Assembly: GCA_050951805.1 (NCBI GenBank)
Contig: JBMNJT010000002.1
Span: forward strand, 1-64,000
DNA: 64,000 nucleotides
Origin: Bacillota bacterium
Lineage (GTDB): Bacteria > Bacillota > DTU025
Direction: 5' to 3'
The notes under the pieces were generated by a model. The model ran no database searches, was not told where the DNA came from, and saw only the letters and a program-made list of their open reading frames with translations. Below are positions 43,027-53,228 of the stretch, piece by piece (the stretch's first letter is position 1; every line of letters starts with the position of its first letter). A program made the position numbers and the translations under genes.

Positions 43027-44673
43027 AGTCACGTCCGATATAATGCTGTAAAAGGCCTTCGCCCTGTTGTGGTGGGTTGGGATGGGTATGGAAAGGCCAC
43101 TGGTTCTCTAGTAGAATTGGAGCATAAGCGAACCAATTATCTACTAGGAGGAGAACCAATGGCTACATATCAGATTAGCATATCCGAAGAGCAATTGCAT
43201 GGACTTTTTGATGGGGACCGTGGGTTAGCAAACCTTCTTGAATCAGTGCTTAACCAGGTGCTTGAAGCGCAGGCTACGGAGCAGCTTGGGGCAGAGCCTT
43301 ATCAGAGAACTGAGGAGCGGACCGGGTATCGCAATGGGTCCAGAAGGCGACCCTTGGTGACGCGGGTGGGCTCAATTACCCTTGAGGTCCCCCAGTTTAG
43401 AAAGGGCAAGCTGAATACGGACCTTTTTGAAAGGTACCAGCGCAGCGAACGAGCCCTGATTGCCACGCTTGTTGAAATGGTAGTGAACGGGGTGTCTACT
43501 CGCAAGATTCGAAAGATAACCCGCGAGCTATGTGGTGTGGACATCTCGGAATCCACAGTCTCAGACATGGTGAAGACGCTGGACCCTGCAGTGCGCGAAT
43601 GGCGTGAACGTCCTCTCGACAAAGGGCCATATCCGTTTTTATTGGTTGATGCGATAGTGATCAAGATCCGCAAGGGAGGCAGGGTCTGGAATCACAGTGC
43701 GCTGATTGCCGTAGGCGTAAACTCTGAAGGCATGCGCGAAATTATCGGGTTCATGCTTGCAGACAGCGAGAAGGAAGACTCATGGCGCGAGTTCTTCAAC
43801 TCTTTAAAGGCAAGGGGCCTTTCGGGCGTAGACCTTGTGGTGTCAGATGACCATGGAGGACTAGTCAATGCTGTAGCAGTAGAGTTTCAGGGGGCATCAT
43901 GGCAGCGTTGCCAGACTCATTTCACTAAGAACATCCTGGATGCGTGCCCCAAGGCGCTTAAGGATGAACTCCACTCCCGACTGCGCCTCATGTTTGAAGC
44001 GCCCGATATGGATACTGCCAGAGAATTGCTTGGTGGCATCATTGCTGATTTCGCAGCTCGGGCCCCTAAGGCAATCGACAGGCTTGAAGAAGGATTTGAC
44101 GATGCAATGGCTGTAATGGTTCTACCCCAATGCCTCCGGAAAAGGCTGAGAACAACCAACTGTGTAGAGAGGCTCAACGAAGAGATCCGAAGGCGGGAAC
44201 GGGTGATAAGGATATTCCCAAACGGTGATTCGGCCATCAGGCTGCTTGGTGCTGTGCTTATCGAAAGGGATGAGGATTGGTCTACCGGTCGCAAGTATCT
44301 CAACATGGCTGAGTATTGGCAATGGAAGCAGGCTTGTGAATCGGGCCAGGCAGAATCCTCGCTCCATGTCGCTTGAGGGTTAGCGCTTCTCGTTACAATC
44401 CAAGCTGATGGCTATCGCTGACTCCGGCGCAGACCGAGAGGAAAGCAGAACCTAGCTAGAGATAAATATCTTGGTCATGGACTAACTTGCCTCGAGGCCG
44501 AGCCGGAGTACAATACTCATTCGGCTTGGATAGAAAGTGCAAACCAGTCGAATGCGTCCACTATACCAAGGAAGAGGAATTGGATGAAATTCGTCGGCAG
44601 TCCCGACTAGCTATCTATACAAACATGCTCCAGTAGAGGAGAACTGCTTTTACAGCACATTTCGGACTTGATC
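43027..44673 (+). mobile_element. IS256 family insertion sequence
   Basis: Imperfect terminal IRs AGTCACGTCCGATATAATGCTGTAAAAG / CTTTTACAGCACATTTCGGACTTGATC, flanked by an 8-bp direct repeat GGAGTGGA (43019-43026 and 44674-44681). Confidence 0.93.
43159..44376 (+). CDS. IS256 family transposase
   Basis: GYRNG, FERYQRSE, GVSTRK, VVSDDHGGL, WQRCQTHF and RTTNCVERLNEEIRRR motifs; AGGAGG RBS. Confidence 0.96.
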   Translation: MATYQISISEEQLHGLFDGDRGLANLLESVLNQVLEAQATEQLGAEPYQRTEERTGYRNGSRRRPLVTRVGSITLEVPQFRKGKLNTDLFERYQRSERALIATLVEMVVNGVSTRKIRKITRELCGVDISESTVSDMVKTLDPAVREWRERPLDKGPYPFLLVDAIVIKIRKGGRVWNHSALIAVGVNSEGMREIIGFMLADSEKEDSWREFFNSLKARGLSGVDLVVSDDHGGLVNAVAVEFQGASWQRCQTHFTKNILDACPKALKDELHSRLRLMFEAPDMDTARELLGGIIADFAARAPKAIDRLEEGFDDAMAVMVLPQCLRKRLRTTNCVERLNEEIRRRERVIRIFPNGDSAIRLLGAVLIERDEDWSTGRKYLNMAEYWQWKQACESGQAESSLHVA

Positions 44674-44948
44674 GGAGTGGATTTTCATGAACGGAGGAAC
44701 ACACGGGTTTCCTACCATGCAACAGTATTTTGCGAAAAGGTATCGCGTTTGGGCAATTATAAGTTTCGTCATTGTTCTAGTACTCTCGCTCGTTGCTGTG
44801 TTTAGTGCAGACTAGAACTACGGGGAAATGCAGAATGGATTTCCCTGAAGTTGCAGAATAGAATTCCGTGTTTCTGCAGACAAAGAAGGCCATTGCAGTG
44901 GCCCCCCAGAACACCCCTTGTGGACAAACATAAGGGGGGGTCGGGAGG

Positions 44949-46475
44949 ATGCTTACAATGGCACAGATAAATTCTATCAGACAACTGTTCTTTGAGAAAG
45001 GCCTGGGTTATGCTGAAATCGCAAGGGCCACGGGTTTTGACGTGAAGACTGTGAAGAAATACATACTGATGGAAGATTTCAATCAACCTCTTCCGAAGCC
45101 AAAGCAGATTCGTGGCTCTAAACTGGATAAATACAAAGAGCAAATCGACCAATGGATGGTGTCAGATAAGCAGGAGCGGAAGAAGCAGCGCCATACAGCG
45201 AAAAGGATTTTCGACCGGCTTGCAAAGGAGCATCCTGGGTTCGATTGCTCTTACCGCTTGGTAGCAGATTATGTCTCCCGGAAGAAGAAGGAGATCTACG
45301 GCAAGCAAGAAGGGTTCTACATGCCGCTAATTCATATACCAGGCGAAGCGCAGGTGGACTTTGGCGAAGCTGACTTCTTTGACAGAAACGTGCGTTGTAC
45401 AGGCCACTATTTGAACGTGTCTTTTCCACACAGCAACGCAGGCTACCTGCAGGTGTTCAAGGGTGAAAACATGCAGTGCCTGGCAGAGGGCCTAATGAAT
45501 ATCTTCGCGCACATAGGAGGAGTGCCGACAAGATTGTGGTTTGATAACCTATCACCTGCAGTCAAGACGATTCTGAAGGATGACGGGCGCGAATTGACAG
45601 ATGCCTTCTTGCGTTTCAAGAGCCATTACGGTTTTGCCACTGCCTTCTGCAATCCGGGCCAAGGCCATGAGAAGGGCAGTGTGGAGACGAAAGTAGGATA
45701 TCACCGCCGTAACATGCTGGTACCTGTACCCAAAGTAGATGATTTGAAGGAGTTCAACCGCCGACTCTTAGAGGAATGCGATCAGGACATGCTGCGGCCT
45801 CATTACTTGAAGAAACGTCTTCACAGAGACCTTTTTGAAGAAGACTTAGAAGCTTTCCTATCCTTGCCGTCTGTGCCTTTTGACGCATCTGAAATCAAGG
45901 TAGTGCGCACAAACAGCTATGCCAAGTTTACTTTGAACAACGGGAAGCACACGTATTCCACGGCTCCACGTTACGCAAAAAGCCAGGTGTTTGTGCAGCT
46001 AACAGCGTATGATGTCATTGCTTTCGATGAGAATTACCGGGAGATCATAAGGCACCCCAGGCTTTACGGCGACTATGAACAAGAGAGTATGGACTGGCTG
46101 CCTTACCTGACGCAGTTATCCAGGCGACCCGCAGCGTTGAAGTACACCGGCATCTACCCGATGTTGCCTCAAGAGGTACAGGCGTTCTTGGACTCGTGTA
46201 GCTACCAGGCTAAGAAAGAGACCCTGAGGGTCCTGGCCGAACTGAGCGAGAAAAGCAGCTTCAGCAAAGCCGCCGAGGCTGTCAGAAACGTCATCTTGCA
46301 TGGCGCACGGGATGCAGACAGCATTGTGGCTATGTTCAACAGGCTAAACGGCGATATCACGGATTTGGCCCCTATGGTTCTGCCGGCCAGCGTTCCTGAA
46401 ATGCCGTCGGTCAAGCCAAACCTGAGCGACTACGACCACATGCTCTTCAGGGAGGGCGAAGCCTGTGAAAGCTGA
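44949..46475 (+). CDS. istA: IS21 transposase IstA
   Basis: N-terminal HTH; PGEAQVDFG, GGVP.RLWFDN and HEKGSVE motifs. Confidence 0.96.
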   Translation: MLTMAQINSIRQLFFEKGLGYAEIARATGFDVKTVKKYILMEDFNQPLPKPKQIRGSKLDKYKEQIDQWMVSDKQERKKQRHTAKRIFDRLAKEHPGFDCSYRLVADYVSRKKKEIYGKQEGFYMPLIHIPGEAQVDFGEADFFDRNVRCTGHYLNVSFPHSNAGYLQVFKGENMQCLAEGLMNIFAHIGGVPTRLWFDNLSPAVKTILKDDGRELTDAFLRFKSHYGFATAFCNPGQGHEKGSVETKVGYHRRNMLVPVPKVDDLKEFNRRLLEECDQDMLRPHYLKKRLHRDLFEEDLEAFLSLPSVPFDASEIKVVRTNSYAKFTLNNGKHTYSTAPRYAKSQVFVQLTAYDVIAFDENYREIIRHPRLYGDYEQESMDWLPYLTQLSRRPAALKYTGIYPMLPQEVQAFLDSCSYQAKKETLRVLAELSEKSSFSKAAEAVRNVILHGARDADSIVAMFNRLNGDITDLAPMVLPASVPEMPSVKPNLSDYDHMLFREGEACES

Positions 46476-47193
46476 AATCGCTGAGTGCTGCAAACGCCTC
46501 CGGTTAAGCAGGAACATTGCTGCTATCTGCGACCAGATGGAAGCTGACAGCTATCAAGAGTATTTGCTGAAGATACTTCAGCATGAACTTGCCTACCGGG
46601 AGACTGCCCGGAGAAATCGACTGATCAAACAGGCAGGGTTCTATTCATTGAAGACGTTTGAAGGGTACTGCTTCGATGAGATTCGATTCCCGGGCGAACT
46701 GTCGGTTCCTGCACTAAAGACGACAGCGTTCATTGATGAAAAGAAGAATCTCGTGCTCTATGGCAATGTGGGCACGGGGAAAACGCACTTGGCTACAGCA
46801 ATCGGCGTCGAGGCTTGCAACAGAGGCAAGACTGTGCGCTTCTTCCGCACGGCCGCCCTAGTCAATCAACTTAACGAGGTTCAGAAGAGCGGAGAGATCA
46901 GCCGGTTCTTCAAGCAATTAGCCAAGACGGACCTTCTGATCTGTGACGAGTGGGGGTATGTGCCTCTGGACCAGGCAGGATCCAAGCTTCTGTTCCAGGT
47001 CATCTCAGACTGCTATGAGCAAAGGAGTGTGATCATAACCACAAACCTTGAGTTTAGCAAATGGGTAAACGTCTTCTATGATGAGCAGATGACCGCTGCC
47101 ATGATTGACCGCTTGGTCCATCACAGCTACCTTCTGCTTTTCGATGGCCAGAGCTATCGAATCAAGAATTCACTGATGAGAGAGCACTCTTAA
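46465..47193 (+). CDS. istB: IS21 helper ATPase IstB
   Basis: GNVGTGKTH, LLICDEWGY, TTNLEFSKW and DRLVHH motifs. Confidence 0.96.
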   Translation: MKAEIAECCKRLRLSRNIAAICDQMEADSYQEYLLKILQHELAYRETARRNRLIKQAGFYSLKTFEGYCFDEIRFPGELSVPALKTTAFIDEKKNLVLYGNVGTGKTHLATAIGVEACNRGKTVRFFRTAALVNQLNEVQKSGEISRFFKQLAKTDLLICDEWGYVPLDQAGSKLLFQVISDCYEQRSVIITTNLEFSKWVNVFYDEQMTAAMIDRLVHHSYLLLFDGQSYRIKNSLMREHS

Positions 47194-47953
47194 AATTCCC
47201 TGGGGGGATGCTGCAAAACGAGTCTGCAACAACAGGGAAAAAGTACTTGCAAAAAACACGTTGCTGTTGATTCGATCATATCGAAATCAGCAGCCCGCAC
47301 TATGCTTCGGGATCTGGAGGCCGGCATCCGGAAAGGAGAGAGGGGCCTGTTGGGCGGCTTGCTTGCCAAGGACCGGGGTGGAACCTTGAATATAGCCCCT
47401 GATGCAGTTGGAGACTATGTTGACACATGGCCGGATGTTCAGCGGGTGCAGGATAGGGGAAAGGGATCCGGCCACGGAAATGTCCCTTGGACCAGCGGGT
47501 CAGTGGTCTGGGCGGCCCGAAAATGGCATGACGGCACAATTGAGGTCACGTGGACCCGCCTGTTCGGCGTTAGGAAGGATGCAACTGGCATCTATCTACT
47601 TGTTACCGCTGCAGTGGCGGTTTCTTTCTGGATCAGCGCCGTCATAGCCAAGCAGGGTGCAAAGAGAATATCCCAGATGGTGGGGTCAGCTGCCGAGGCG
47701 AGCTTGAAGATATCAGAGGGCGATATGGAGCTCGATATGGAGTTCCGGGCGACCCAGGAGCTTTCAGACATATCAGACGCCGTCAACAGGCTTGCTTCAA
47801 AGCTTCGAAGAGAGTAGATGCAGCTTGAGACGCGGCCTCACCTTACTCGAATGCATGGATTAAATGCTGGTGTCGCCAGCGCAGAATGTGCTGCCTTGTT
47901 TCAAAACGACTCGTTGTCCACCTCAACCGGGTACCTGAAGAAGGCACACCGTA

Positions 47954-48047
47954 TTGCGCTTGAAGGTACTGACTGTCCTTGTAATAGAAGACGACCACAA
48001 CGTCCGACGCCTGCTTTCCCGGTATTTTGAGGCGGTTGCGAGTAGAT
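47954..48047 (+). pseudogene. Response-regulator receiver N-terminal fragment
   Basis: VLVIEDDHNVRRLLSRYF matches the start of a REC domain; it is cut at the IS21-remnant end at 48048. Confidence 0.55.
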
Positions 48048-48328
48048 GTGTTAATGGCCAACTTGAAATGGACATAAGGTGGGTGGAAGAAGACTTATTG
48101 ATAGTAGAGACCCTTCCTAGACAACAGGCTCAGGTAGATTGGGGCTAATGTGGAAGTCAACATCATGGTCTTGTCAATGGCCATTTGAGAATCCCCTTTT
48201 TTGGCCATGAAAAATCCCCACGGGAAGAGCAACGGGTCTAGGAACAAGAGCTCTTTGTCAGCTCGTGCTTCCTGTATGCATCTCGGTCGTGATACCTTAT
48301 GCGGATTCCCCCTTCCATTCGTGTAGGC

Positions 48329-49108
48329 TTAGGTGGTTAATGCCGTCATCGGTGGTACAAGGCGATGGCGTATTCGGTAACTGTCACCTTTAAGTGAGAT
48401 AACATGAGCATGGTGCAAAAGCCTGTCAAGGAACGCGGCCGCTGTTGCCGGCTGGTCAAATAGTTGTCCCCAGTCCTGAAAATCAAGGTTGCTTGTGACG
48501 ATCAGGGACCTGTGTTCATACGCCTTAGCAACCAATTGGAACAAGTGATCTGAACCTATGGCATCAAGCTGTATGTAGCCAAGTTCATCGAGGATAATGA
48601 GATCGTTACGTAGCAGCTTATTCATGATTTGTGAAACCGACCCATCCGCCAATGCGCTGTAAAGCTGATCTACCAAATCCTGAGTCGTAATGAACTGAAC
48701 ACGATAGCCCGAGTTGATGGCCTCGATACCTAGCGCTACTGCCAAATGAGTCTTTCCGACACCCGGCGGCCCAAGTAGAATGACGTTCTCTTTAGATTCG
48801 ACGAACTGCAATTGGGCTAGGTCCAGCAGGGTCTGTCGGCTGACGGAGTTCTGAAAGCCAAAGTCAAAGTCATCCAGAGTTCGGTAGAACGGGAACCGAG
48901 CTGACTTGAGCCGCGTTTCCCTTTGGGTTCGTTCCCTTCCTTCCACTTCCCGAACCACAAGGTATCCCAGGAAATCTATGTATGAGGGCTCTTCTTGCAA
49001 GGCAAGCTCGTTGATATCGTCAAGGTGTTCCCGCATATGCCTGAGCTTTAGCCGTCTAAGCCCCTGTTCTAATGCTTCTCGGTCTGCTGCAGGGATGGTT
49101 CGAATCAT
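48329..49108 (-). CDS. istB: IS21 helper ATPase IstB
   Basis: GPPGVGKTH, LIILDELGY and DRLLHH motifs. Confidence 0.96.
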   Translation of the reverse strand: MIRTIPAADREALEQGLRRLKLRHMREHLDDINELALQEEPSYIDFLGYLVVREVEGRERTQRETRLKSARFPFYRTLDDFDFGFQNSVSRQTLLDLAQLQFVESKENVILLGPPGVGKTHLAVALGIEAINSGYRVQFITTQDLVDQLYSALADGSVSQIMNKLLRNDLIILDELGYIQLDAIGSDHLFQLVAKAYEHRSLIVTSNLDFQDWGQLFDQPATAAAFLDRLLHHAHVISLKGDSYRIRHRLVPPMTALTT

Positions 49109-50583
49109 ACATCATGCCCCCTGTAGTAACTCAGATCCCGTTGCTCAACCCCGATGCTCTGCATGCAAGCATATTGGATAGGCATATCTGATGCTTCCCC
49201 GGGCACTCCAGGCAAGCTCAGAGGGTTCTTACGCTGCTTTTCCAGAGTTCGCTTTAGCTGACCATATCCAAAGGCCCTAAAGGCAATGCCACGCTCCATG
49301 GCAGCTTCCAGTTCACTCTCCGAGTACATGTTGGCCAGGTCAACAATCTGCTCCATCTGTTCCCTGAGATGTCCGATACGACTTTGGCTGAGCCCTTCAA
49401 GGTATACCTTCGCTGAGGGCGACAGGGCCTCAAACTTGGCCTGTAATGGATGCGATGTCCTCTTCGGTCGGCTATGGGCAGGATAGTGGCGATCTTGTAC
49501 TATGCTTTTGCCCTTGCCAGCGACCAACTCAATCGTGTCAATTACTTTATCTCCATCCAGAAGTTCGATCCGAGCATCGAAACGACGGTACTTCACCTGT
49601 TTGCGGGCAAACTGCACTGGTACGGAATACTTGTTTCCGTCAACCGATATCAGCTGTGTCTTTGTGGCCTTGCGTACTTCAATGACAAATAGCGGTTCTC
49701 TAATCGCCAGGGGCTGTAGATAGTGCTGTTCCTCTGCCAGGCGTTCAAATGGAACTTCACCAGTAGTACTGTGGATCTTGCTATTGGCAACCTCATCACA
49801 CCATTGCCTTGCCTGGATATTCAGATCCCCGAGGCCAGTATAGGAACAAGCGTAGTAGAAATCCCGTTTCACGTATTTAATGCTAGACTCAACTTTTCCT
49901 TTCGACTCCGGGTCATCAATCCAGCAGGCCTTAGGGCTAAATCCATAACTGACCGCCAGCCGCAAGAGGTGTTCATTGTAGCGTACGACTCCCCCTACTC
50001 GCTCGCTCACGACTGTTTTGGCATTGTCGAAGACTATCTCTCGAGGGACACCGCCCACATACTCTAAAGCCCGATGCATACAGCCAAAGAAAGTTGCCAT
50101 ATCAAGCGAGGTGACGAATTCGACGTATCTCATACGAGACCACGATAAAGTGAATGCAAAGGCATAAAGAGAAAGCTTGCGCCCGTCTACATCTATCTTT
50201 CCGCAGTGGCCCCAATCTACCTGAGCCTGTTCTCCCGGAAGGGTCTCAATCGGTTTATACTCTCGATAGGTCCTTTTTCGTAACCCCATAACGCAGCGGC
50301 GCACTGTCCTTTGGGAACCTGTATAGCCTTTCTTCTTGATTTCCCGATAGATGCGCTCCGCAGTCAACTCAGGCCATTTATCCAAACGATCTGTGATATA
50401 CTCTTCGTAAGGATCTGTTAGTCTAAAGCGCCGCTTATATCTGGGGTTTTCGGGATCATCAGCTGGGCCTTCCCAGTATTTAGCGACAGTCTTACGATCC
50501 AATCCTAGCCGCCTAGCTGTAGCTTTTTTCGTCAACCCTTTGTCACGATACTCACGGATTTTCACGACAGTCCCCACTTTCAT
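49105..50583 (-). CDS. istA: IS21 transposase IstA
   Basis: HTH; PGEQAQVDWG, GGVPREIVFDNAK and ESKGKVE motifs. Confidence 0.96.
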   Translation of the reverse strand: MKVGTVVKIREYRDKGLTKKATARRLGLDRKTVAKYWEGPADDPENPRYKRRFRLTDPYEEYITDRLDKWPELTAERIYREIKKKGYTGSQRTVRRCVMGLRKRTYREYKPIETLPGEQAQVDWGHCGKIDVDGRKLSLYAFAFTLSWSRMRYVEFVTSLDMATFFGCMHRALEYVGGVPREIVFDNAKTVVSERVGGVVRYNEHLLRLAVSYGFSPKACWIDDPESKGKVESSIKYVKRDFYYACSYTGLGDLNIQARQWCDEVANSKIHSTTGEVPFERLAEEQHYLQPLAIREPLFVIEVRKATKTQLISVDGNKYSVPVQFARKQVKYRRFDARIELLDGDKVIDTIELVAGKGKSIVQDRHYPAHSRPKRTSHPLQAKFEALSPSAKVYLEGLSQSRIGHLREQMEQIVDLANMYSESELEAAMERGIAFRAFGYGQLKRTLEKQRKNPLSLPGVPGEASDMPIQYACMQSIGVEQRDLSYYRGHDV

Positions 50584-50762
50584 CAAGTTTGCTCGCTCCC
50601 TCGAAATTATATTGGTTGGACATACCAATTAACTTCGAGAAAGAGCGGGCTTTTACTTCTTGGCTGTTGGCCGTTTGTGGGGATTTTTCGTGGCCATTTA
50701 TGTCCATTTTAGGTTGGCCATTAACATGGTCTCGCGTGAGGCGCATTCAATTTGTAACCAGT

Positions 50763-50794
50763 GGCCTTTTTACAGCATTGTATCGGACGTAACT
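50763..50794 (-). repeat. Orphan IS256 left inverted repeat
   Basis: Reverse complement AGTTACGTCCGATACAATGCTGTAAAAAGGCC is near-identical to the IS256 left end at 43027. Confidence 0.8.
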
Positions 50795-50861
50795 GACAAG
50801 TCTGTGCCGGGGCTATCTGTTATCCTTGTCTTACCGGAACTACGGAGGGAGGCTGACGCAG

Positions 50862-51494
50862 ATGGCACAGGATATTTCCATCGCTGCTTTGTTGGCGGAG
50901 GAGGGGTTTAACACTTTAGCTGCCAGTCGATCTGCTCGGGAGACGCTCGTGCGCAACGGCCTCACAAACCACCGGAAGAAGAACATAAGCGTGCAAAAGC
51001 TGTCCCGGGTCCGTGAGGTTCTTGCAAGGGAACTGTATCGTGTGTGCGACGATCCATGGTGCCAGGCGATTGCAGGCATGGAGGCTCGTGGGCGGGAAAT
51101 CGTCACTGTTGCAGAAGACGGGTGCCAAGTGTGCAGGGGCGCAAAATCATGCAGGTCGCTAAAGGCAGCAGCGCTGGTCTTTGAAAAGCGGCAGATCCGC
51201 CGGGTCGTTATCGTGGGCGGCACGAAGGCCGGCCACAACGAGATAGCTGCCCACGCTTGTGGTAGCGGTGTAGAGTTCCGGTTCGTCGACGGAACCAAAC
51301 CCGGCCGGGCCAGCCAGCTTGCCGCAGAATACGCCCGCTGGGCCGATTTGATGATAGTCTGGGCCAACACCCCGATCAAACACACTGTCAGCTACACATA
51401 TAAAGGTGCGTGTCCAAAGTCCACCCGGCTTGTATATGCCACGCGGACCGGGGTGGCAGGAATGCTATATGAAGTCATCAGCCAGATAGCTTGA
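50862..51494 (+). CDS. DUF2325-like domain protein with Cys-rich middle segment
   Basis: C-terminal VVIVGG...ADLMIVW...IKHTVS pattern; CDDPWC and CQVC motifs; GGAGG RBS. Confidence 0.65.
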   Translation: MAQDISIAALLAEEGFNTLAASRSARETLVRNGLTNHRKKNISVQKLSRVREVLARELYRVCDDPWCQAIAGMEARGREIVTVAEDGCQVCRGAKSCRSLKAAALVFEKRQIRRVVIVGGTKAGHNEIAAHACGSGVEFRFVDGTKPGRASQLAAEYARWADLMIVWANTPIKHTVSYTYKGACPKSTRLVYATRTGVAGMLYEVISQIA

Positions 51495-51498
51495 AAAA

Positions 51499-51544
51499 CA
51501 GCCCTCTGCGGGGTCGTACTCTCCACAACCTGCGCAGAGGGCTG
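51499..51544. terminator. Hairpin between convergent genes
   Basis: CAGCCCTCTGCG ... CGCAGAGGGCTG perfect 12-bp inverted repeat. Confidence 0.6.
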
Positions 51545-51553
51545 GCGAATGCC

Positions 51554-52459
51554 CTACCGCATCTCTTCCATAAGTCTCACATAATGTTCATATCGTGCCT
51601 GTGAAACTAGGCCTTGTTCTACGGCTTCTCGGAGGCGGCACCCTGGTTCTGTTGTGTGGGTGCAGTCCCAGAACTTGCACGCATCTATGTGCGGCCGGAA
51701 CTCCCTGAAACACCATGCTAGTTCTTGGCGTGGGATACGGTAGAACCCGAATTCCCTCATCCCTGGGGTGTCCGCCACGTATCCGCCGTCTGCCAGCTTG
51801 ATCAGCCGTCCAGAAGTTGTCGTATGTCTGCCTTTTCCGGTGCTTCCGCTTACATCACCTACTGCAAGATCCAGGCCCGGCTCGACGGCGCTGATGAGCG
51901 ACGACTTTCCTACCCCGGACGGCCCGACAAGAGCCGACATCTTGCCGGAAAGAGTCTCGCGCAGCGTGCTGATGCCGACACCCGATACGGTAGATGCTAT
52001 GATGACGTCATACCCGATATCGCTGTAGACCGACATCTTTCCCCCGAGAACCTCTATGGATACCAGGTCCGCCTTATTGATGCATACGACGGATCTGAGG
52101 CCGCAGTATTCCGCTGTCGTTAGATATCTGTTTATGGCGGTCTCTTTCATGGGCGGGTTGGCCGCGGCGAACACTATGACCACCTGATCCAAGTTCGCGG
52201 CGATAACCTGTTCATCTCGGCGCTTGCCTGCCACTTTCCGCGAAAACTGAGTTTTGCGCGGCATCACTTCCTCGATAACGCCCCTGCCGTCCGGCGTGAG
52301 CGTTATCGCGACCCTATCTCCAGGCACGATCCCGCCTGCTTGTGCCAGCGGAGATACCGCCTTGGACCGTGCCGTGCAGAAGACGCTGCCACATGATGTC
52401 TCTACTTCAAAGAAAGAAGATGCTTGAAGAACAACGCCCTGCAATAGATCACTGTTCAA
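51554..52459 (-). CDS. rsgA: Ribosome small subunit-dependent GTPase A
   Basis: NKADL, GPSGVGKSSL, GKGRHTTT, DTPGMRE and CKFWDCTHTTEPGC motifs; AGGAGG RBS before TTG 52459. Confidence 0.95.
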   Translation of the reverse strand: MNSDLLQGVVLQASSFFEVETSCGSVFCTARSKAVSPLAQAGGIVPGDRVAITLTPDGRGVIEEVMPRKTQFSRKVAGKRRDEQVIAANLDQVVIVFAAANPPMKETAINRYLTTAEYCGLRSVVCINKADLVSIEVLGGKMSVYSDIGYDVIIASTVSGVGISTLRETLSGKMSALVGPSGVGKSSLISAVEPGLDLAVGDVSGSTGKGRHTTTSGRLIKLADGGYVADTPGMREFGFYRIPRQELAWCFREFRPHIDACKFWDCTHTTEPGCRLREAVEQGLVSQARYEHYVRLMEEMR

Positions 52460-53228
52460 TTCGTCCGATGCCTCCTGTGCGTGTGGTGGATCGTCGACGT
52501 GCCCAACGTCCCGTTGTCGCCATGGAGGAAACGGACGCAATCCGGCTTGTTCCGCAGCAGCCTGAAGCGGCAGAACAACAAAGCGCGCCCGCTTCCGCAG
52601 GCGCGCATATCACGCTCGTGTAGAATCGATCATCAGGACAGGGCAAAGCCTCTACGCATGGACCGCAGATGGCATACAGCCTGCATGTGAACGAATGCTT
52701 TGCGGGCCAAGCCGAGCTTGAGCAGACAAGCGCTTGCCCATGCCGTCCAACGGCAACTACCTGTTCAGATCGGCCTGTGCGACAACCGGCGAACGGTGGG
52801 TTGGACAATATTCGTGCGAAGAACGCTCAATCATCATGTAGGACATAAAAACCACCTCTTCCGCCGGGCCGGATCTACCGAACCGTACCGCTCATATCTG
52901 CACCATATGCTATCATTTGGCCGTTTCGATGTCAAACACTGCACAGGTTGGGTTGTGCCGGAGAATTTGGGGCGTGCGAGGGACGACGGCTCGTGGGGTT
53001 AGACTCCGTTTTCCCAGCCTATCTCCGACAGGAAGCACCGGCCCTTGCTGCCATTCATCCCAAGCACGCAAACGGCTCGACAGTGCCTGCACATGATAGC
53101 AGGGCTTCTGGTGCTCAGCCTTGGGCAGCAATCGGCGTGCGCCTGGATGCGGGGTGGATGGAGGTGAATGGCATGTGCATGTCAAAATAGCATCAGCAAG
53201 CAACGCGTGTTAGCGAGGAGGAGACTTG

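Larger units (their letters stand above)
44799..47258 (+). mobile_element. IS21 family insertion sequence (copy A)
   Basis: TG...CA ends (TGTTTAGTGCAG / CTTGCAAAAAACA), repeated TGCAGA motifs at the left end, and an 8-bp target duplication CGTTGCTG (44791-44798 and 47259-47266). Confidence 0.93.
44717..47817 (+). pseudogene. Membrane HAMP-domain sensor gene interrupted by IS21
   Basis: Removing 44799-47266 gives one continuous frame MQQYFAKRYRVWAIISFVIVLVLSLVAVDSIISK...MLRDLEAG..., with a second TM and HAMP-like ISEGDM...ELSDISDAVNRLA. Confidence 0.7.
48172..50726 (-). mobile_element. IS21 family insertion sequence (copy B)
   Basis: IRs TGTCAATGGCCA / TGGCCATTAACA; 6-bp target duplication TGGTCT (48166-48171 and 50727-50732). 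Confidence 0.93.
48048..50762 (+). mobile_element. Internally deleted IS21 remnant related to copy B and split by copy B
   Basis: TGTTAATGGCCAACTTGAAATGGACATAA at 48048 matches the copy B terminus. IstA-like peptides ETLPRQQAQVDWG (before 48172) and SWSRVRRIQFVTS (across the insertion) match copy B ETLPGEQAQVDWG and SWSRMRYVEFVTS. Confidence 0.75.

Noticed and set aside
52460-53225. Cys-rich short ORFs or a riboswitch between rsgA and the DUF362 gene
   Set aside because: Conflicting overlapping ORFs with no family signature, and no identifiable aptamer.
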